DNA of 64,000 nt, from contig OY740792.1 in the NCBI GenBank assembly GCA_963514005.1, positions 42,718,001-42,782,000 of the forward strand, in the 5' to 3' direction. The notes beneath the pieces are model-generated. The model was not told the DNA's origin. It searched no databases and saw only the letters and a list, made by a program, of their open reading frames with translations. Each line of letters starts with the position of its first letter. Positions within the stretch are counted from its first letter, which is position 1. The DNA comes from Raja brachyura (lineage: Eukaryota). Position numbers and translations under genes: made by a program. Positions 61,488 through 64,000 of the stretch are shown piece after piece.

Positions 61488-61960
61488 CAAGTCAAGTCAA
61501 GTCAAGTTTATTTGTCATATACGCATACAAGATGTGCAGTGAAATGAAAGTGGCAATGCCTGTGGATTGTGCAAAAAAAAAACAGAACAACCGAACAGAA
61601 TAGAACAGAACCAGTATTTACATTTTAGGAAAAAAAAGAGAGAAAAAAGAAAAACAATTTAAAAAAAGACACAACACAACAGTAAATTAGTAAATTAGTC
61701 CCTGGTGAGATAGGAGTTTACAGTCCTGATGGCCTGTGACAAGAAACTCCGTCTCATCCTCTCATTTTTCACAGCGTGACAGCGGAGGCGCTTGCCTGAC
61801 CATAGCAGCTGGAACAGCCCGTTACTGGGGTGGTAGGGGTCCCTCACTATGTTGCTGGCTCTGGATCTGCACCTCCTGGTGTCTAGGTCCTGCAGGGGGG
61901 TGAGTGCTGTTCCCATAGTGCGTTCGGCTGAACGCACGTTTCTCTGCAGAGCCTTCCTGT
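61488..61960 (-). mobile_element. Rex1/Babar-like LINE 3' fragment
   Basis: Track ORF 61695..61937 (RSAERTMGTAL..DPYHPSNGLFQLLWSGKR..RRSF..QAIR); (caagt)n tail. Confidence 0.8.
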
Positions 61961-62339
61961 TTTCCTTTTACTTCACACTTTTACTTCCCTTTCTTTTTAA
62001 TTGCTACACAGGTGTCTAACAACATTTTCAGTAAACTCAGTGAGTTTAAAGGGAATGGAAAATTGACGGCGCTTCGGATGCAGGCACCAGTGACAAAGGA
62101 ACTCAACGCCTGACCACACACAGTTCTCACGCTGTGCCCAGCTGCCAGCTGTGTCTCTCGATGTGGCCACACTCCCCACTTGCACATTCCACTCCCTGCT
62201 CTCTCTGAACTAAAGGGTTGGTATGGCCATTGATTTATTGTTGTCATGTGTACCGAGATACAGTGGGAACCTTTTGTGTGAGTGCTATCCATTTAAATCA
62301 GATCATGTTATATCCGAGTACAATCAATCCATACACAAG

Positions 62340-62735
62340 CATGCCAGTGTTGCCAGGACCCAAGGGCCTCAGCTATAGGATGAGCAGGCTCACACTTTAA
62401 TCCTTGGCGAACATGAGGATGAGGGCTGGTCTTATCAAGGTGTATAAGATCATGAGAGGAATAGATAGGGTAAATGCTTTTATCAAGAGTAGGGGCATCG
62501 AAAACCAGAGGACATAAGTTTAAGGTGAGGGGGAAAATATTTAATATGAACCTGAGGGGCAACCTTTTTTACACAAAGGGTGGTAGGTATATGGAACGAG
62601 CTGCTGGAGGAGGCAGTTGAGGCAGGTACTACCACTACGTTTAAAAGACATTTGGACAGATACATGAATGGGATAGGTTGAGCGGGACATGGGCTAAAGT
62701 TGGGCCCAAGGGCCTGATTACACGCTGTATGACTC
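62340..62735 (+). mobile_element. CR1 LINE 3' end
   Basis: YKIMRGIDRV..KTRGHKFKVRG..FFTQRVVGIWNEL remnant. Confidence 0.8.
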
Positions 62736-63220
62736 ATAGTATAACAGGTAGAGCAAAGAGAGAAAAAACACAGTCCAGAATCTAGTTTTCAGCATTGTAG
62801 GTGTACAGTGTGTCAGATGATGAACAGTGAAGATTTCGGAACAATCAAATTATCAGAGGTTTGCTGCAGAAAGAAATACTGTTAGAATCAGATGAATTAC
62901 AATCAGGGAATGCTTATGTAGGGCCTTATGTAGGTACACCAACATGTCAAATGGAGAAACAAGGATCTGCAGATGCTGATTTACAAATAGAGACAGTAAG
63001 TGAAGGGCAGGCATGTGCTGTCAGGGTCGGCAATGTAGGCACTGCCTCCCCTGACTAAACTTATAAAATGGTAATAACTAAATATAAATAATAAAGGCAT
63101 GGGAAAATTATGCCTATCTAAGAGATCGATCTCTTCGGCAGGCATAATTCTCCGTGCCTTTCATCCACATTTTGTGTTAATGTTTTTAAATACCGTATTT
63201 CCCAGGGTGTGGGGGTGGGG

Positions 63221-63881
63221 GGGAGAGTTCCCTACACAGCATTTGGGGAGTCTGGCCTGGGGTAAAGTTGCGGGGAGGGCACAAATGTTGTGAAGGAGGG
63301 GTCGGGAGCATGCCACTTGCGATGCTCCTTGCACGGAGATGTGCAATGCCATTGCATTGAGGCCAGGGGGAGAAGTAGCTCGGGTGGCTGTGAGCGACCG
63401 CCGGGCCGGACAGAGGAACCAGCTGCCACCTTATCTCCTTCTGCCAGCCCCTGCTCACCTCTGGCAGCTCTCCATCTAAAAATCTCTCTCCTGCCACTCG
63501 TTGGCCTCACTCATGTCAGGTTGAGGTTGAAGTTACTCGGCTGTGGGAATTTAAGGATTTGCAGGAAGACGCTGACACGGGCGAGCGGCAGGTGAGAGGT
63601 GTTCAGACGGAGAGCACTGCCAGAAATGAGGGGGCCAGCAGAAGGATTTGAAGTGGCGGCCTGTTCTGCTGTCGGGTCCCGGCAGCCGCTCGCAGCTACC
63701 CGAGCTGCTTCTATCCCCGGCTACAATGCGGTGGCTTCGCACCCGGAGAGCTGTGGCAGTGGTGAGTGAGTGAGTGAATTACTGGCATTATCCCCGACCC
63801 CCTCCTTCTCAACACTCCTGCCCTCCCCGCAACTTTACCCCTGGCACAGACTATCCACACGCTGTGAAAGGAACTGTCCCC
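63221..63881. repeat. GC-rich long imperfect inverted repeat (fold-back element)
   Basis: Arms ~63221-63519 and ~63572-63881 are reverse complements, e.g. ggggtaaagttgcggggagggca / tgccctccccgcaactttacccc. Confidence 0.85.
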
Positions 63882-64000
63882 GCAATTGGTCCCTTGAACA
63901 AGTGTTGTCATTCAATAAGATGACAACTGATTCAACTTTTCCCTGTACTCCCGTTTTTCCCACTATCTCTCCACCTGCCATCACCTTTCACCCCCCCACT

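Noticed and set aside
63290-63770. CpG-island first exon of a neighbouring gene (gtgagt donor-like site near 63768)
   Set aside because: The region is fully explained by the inverted repeat, and the donor-like site is part of a (gtga)n run.

Overview
Repeat-rich vertebrate genomic DNA, not prokaryotic. Dense HE1-type tRNA-derived SINEs, HER1/CR1 LINEs, Rex/Babar LINE tails and Penelope remnants point to an elasmobranch, probably a skate or ray (inference from repeat families). Nearly all ORFs in the track are TE fragments or noise. One host gene can be reconstructed by hand on the + strand from phase-1 exons: leader (16991-17054), a single IgV domain (27692-28021), stalk/TM (28858-28914, 29472-29540) and cytoplasmic exons (34210-34233?, 37321-37374, 40493-40525?, 45088-45125?). 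It encodes a ~211-222 aa type I membrane receptor with a TIGIT-like 'YTCIFHTFPDG' F-G loop, an ITT-like IYENV motif and a candidate ITIM LSYTSL, i.e. a candidate cartilaginous-fish TIGIT-like checkpoint receptor. The TE landscape also includes a DIRS1-type tyrosine-recombinase retrotransposon with its ICR nested in a CR1, a solo LTR with a 4-bp TSD, a hAT-like element with 7-bp TSDs (two copies), a PIF/Harbinger-like MITE group, Penelope-derived palindromes carrying hammerhead-ribozyme cores, and a ~660-bp fold-back element. TE boundaries without a stated TSD are approximate.
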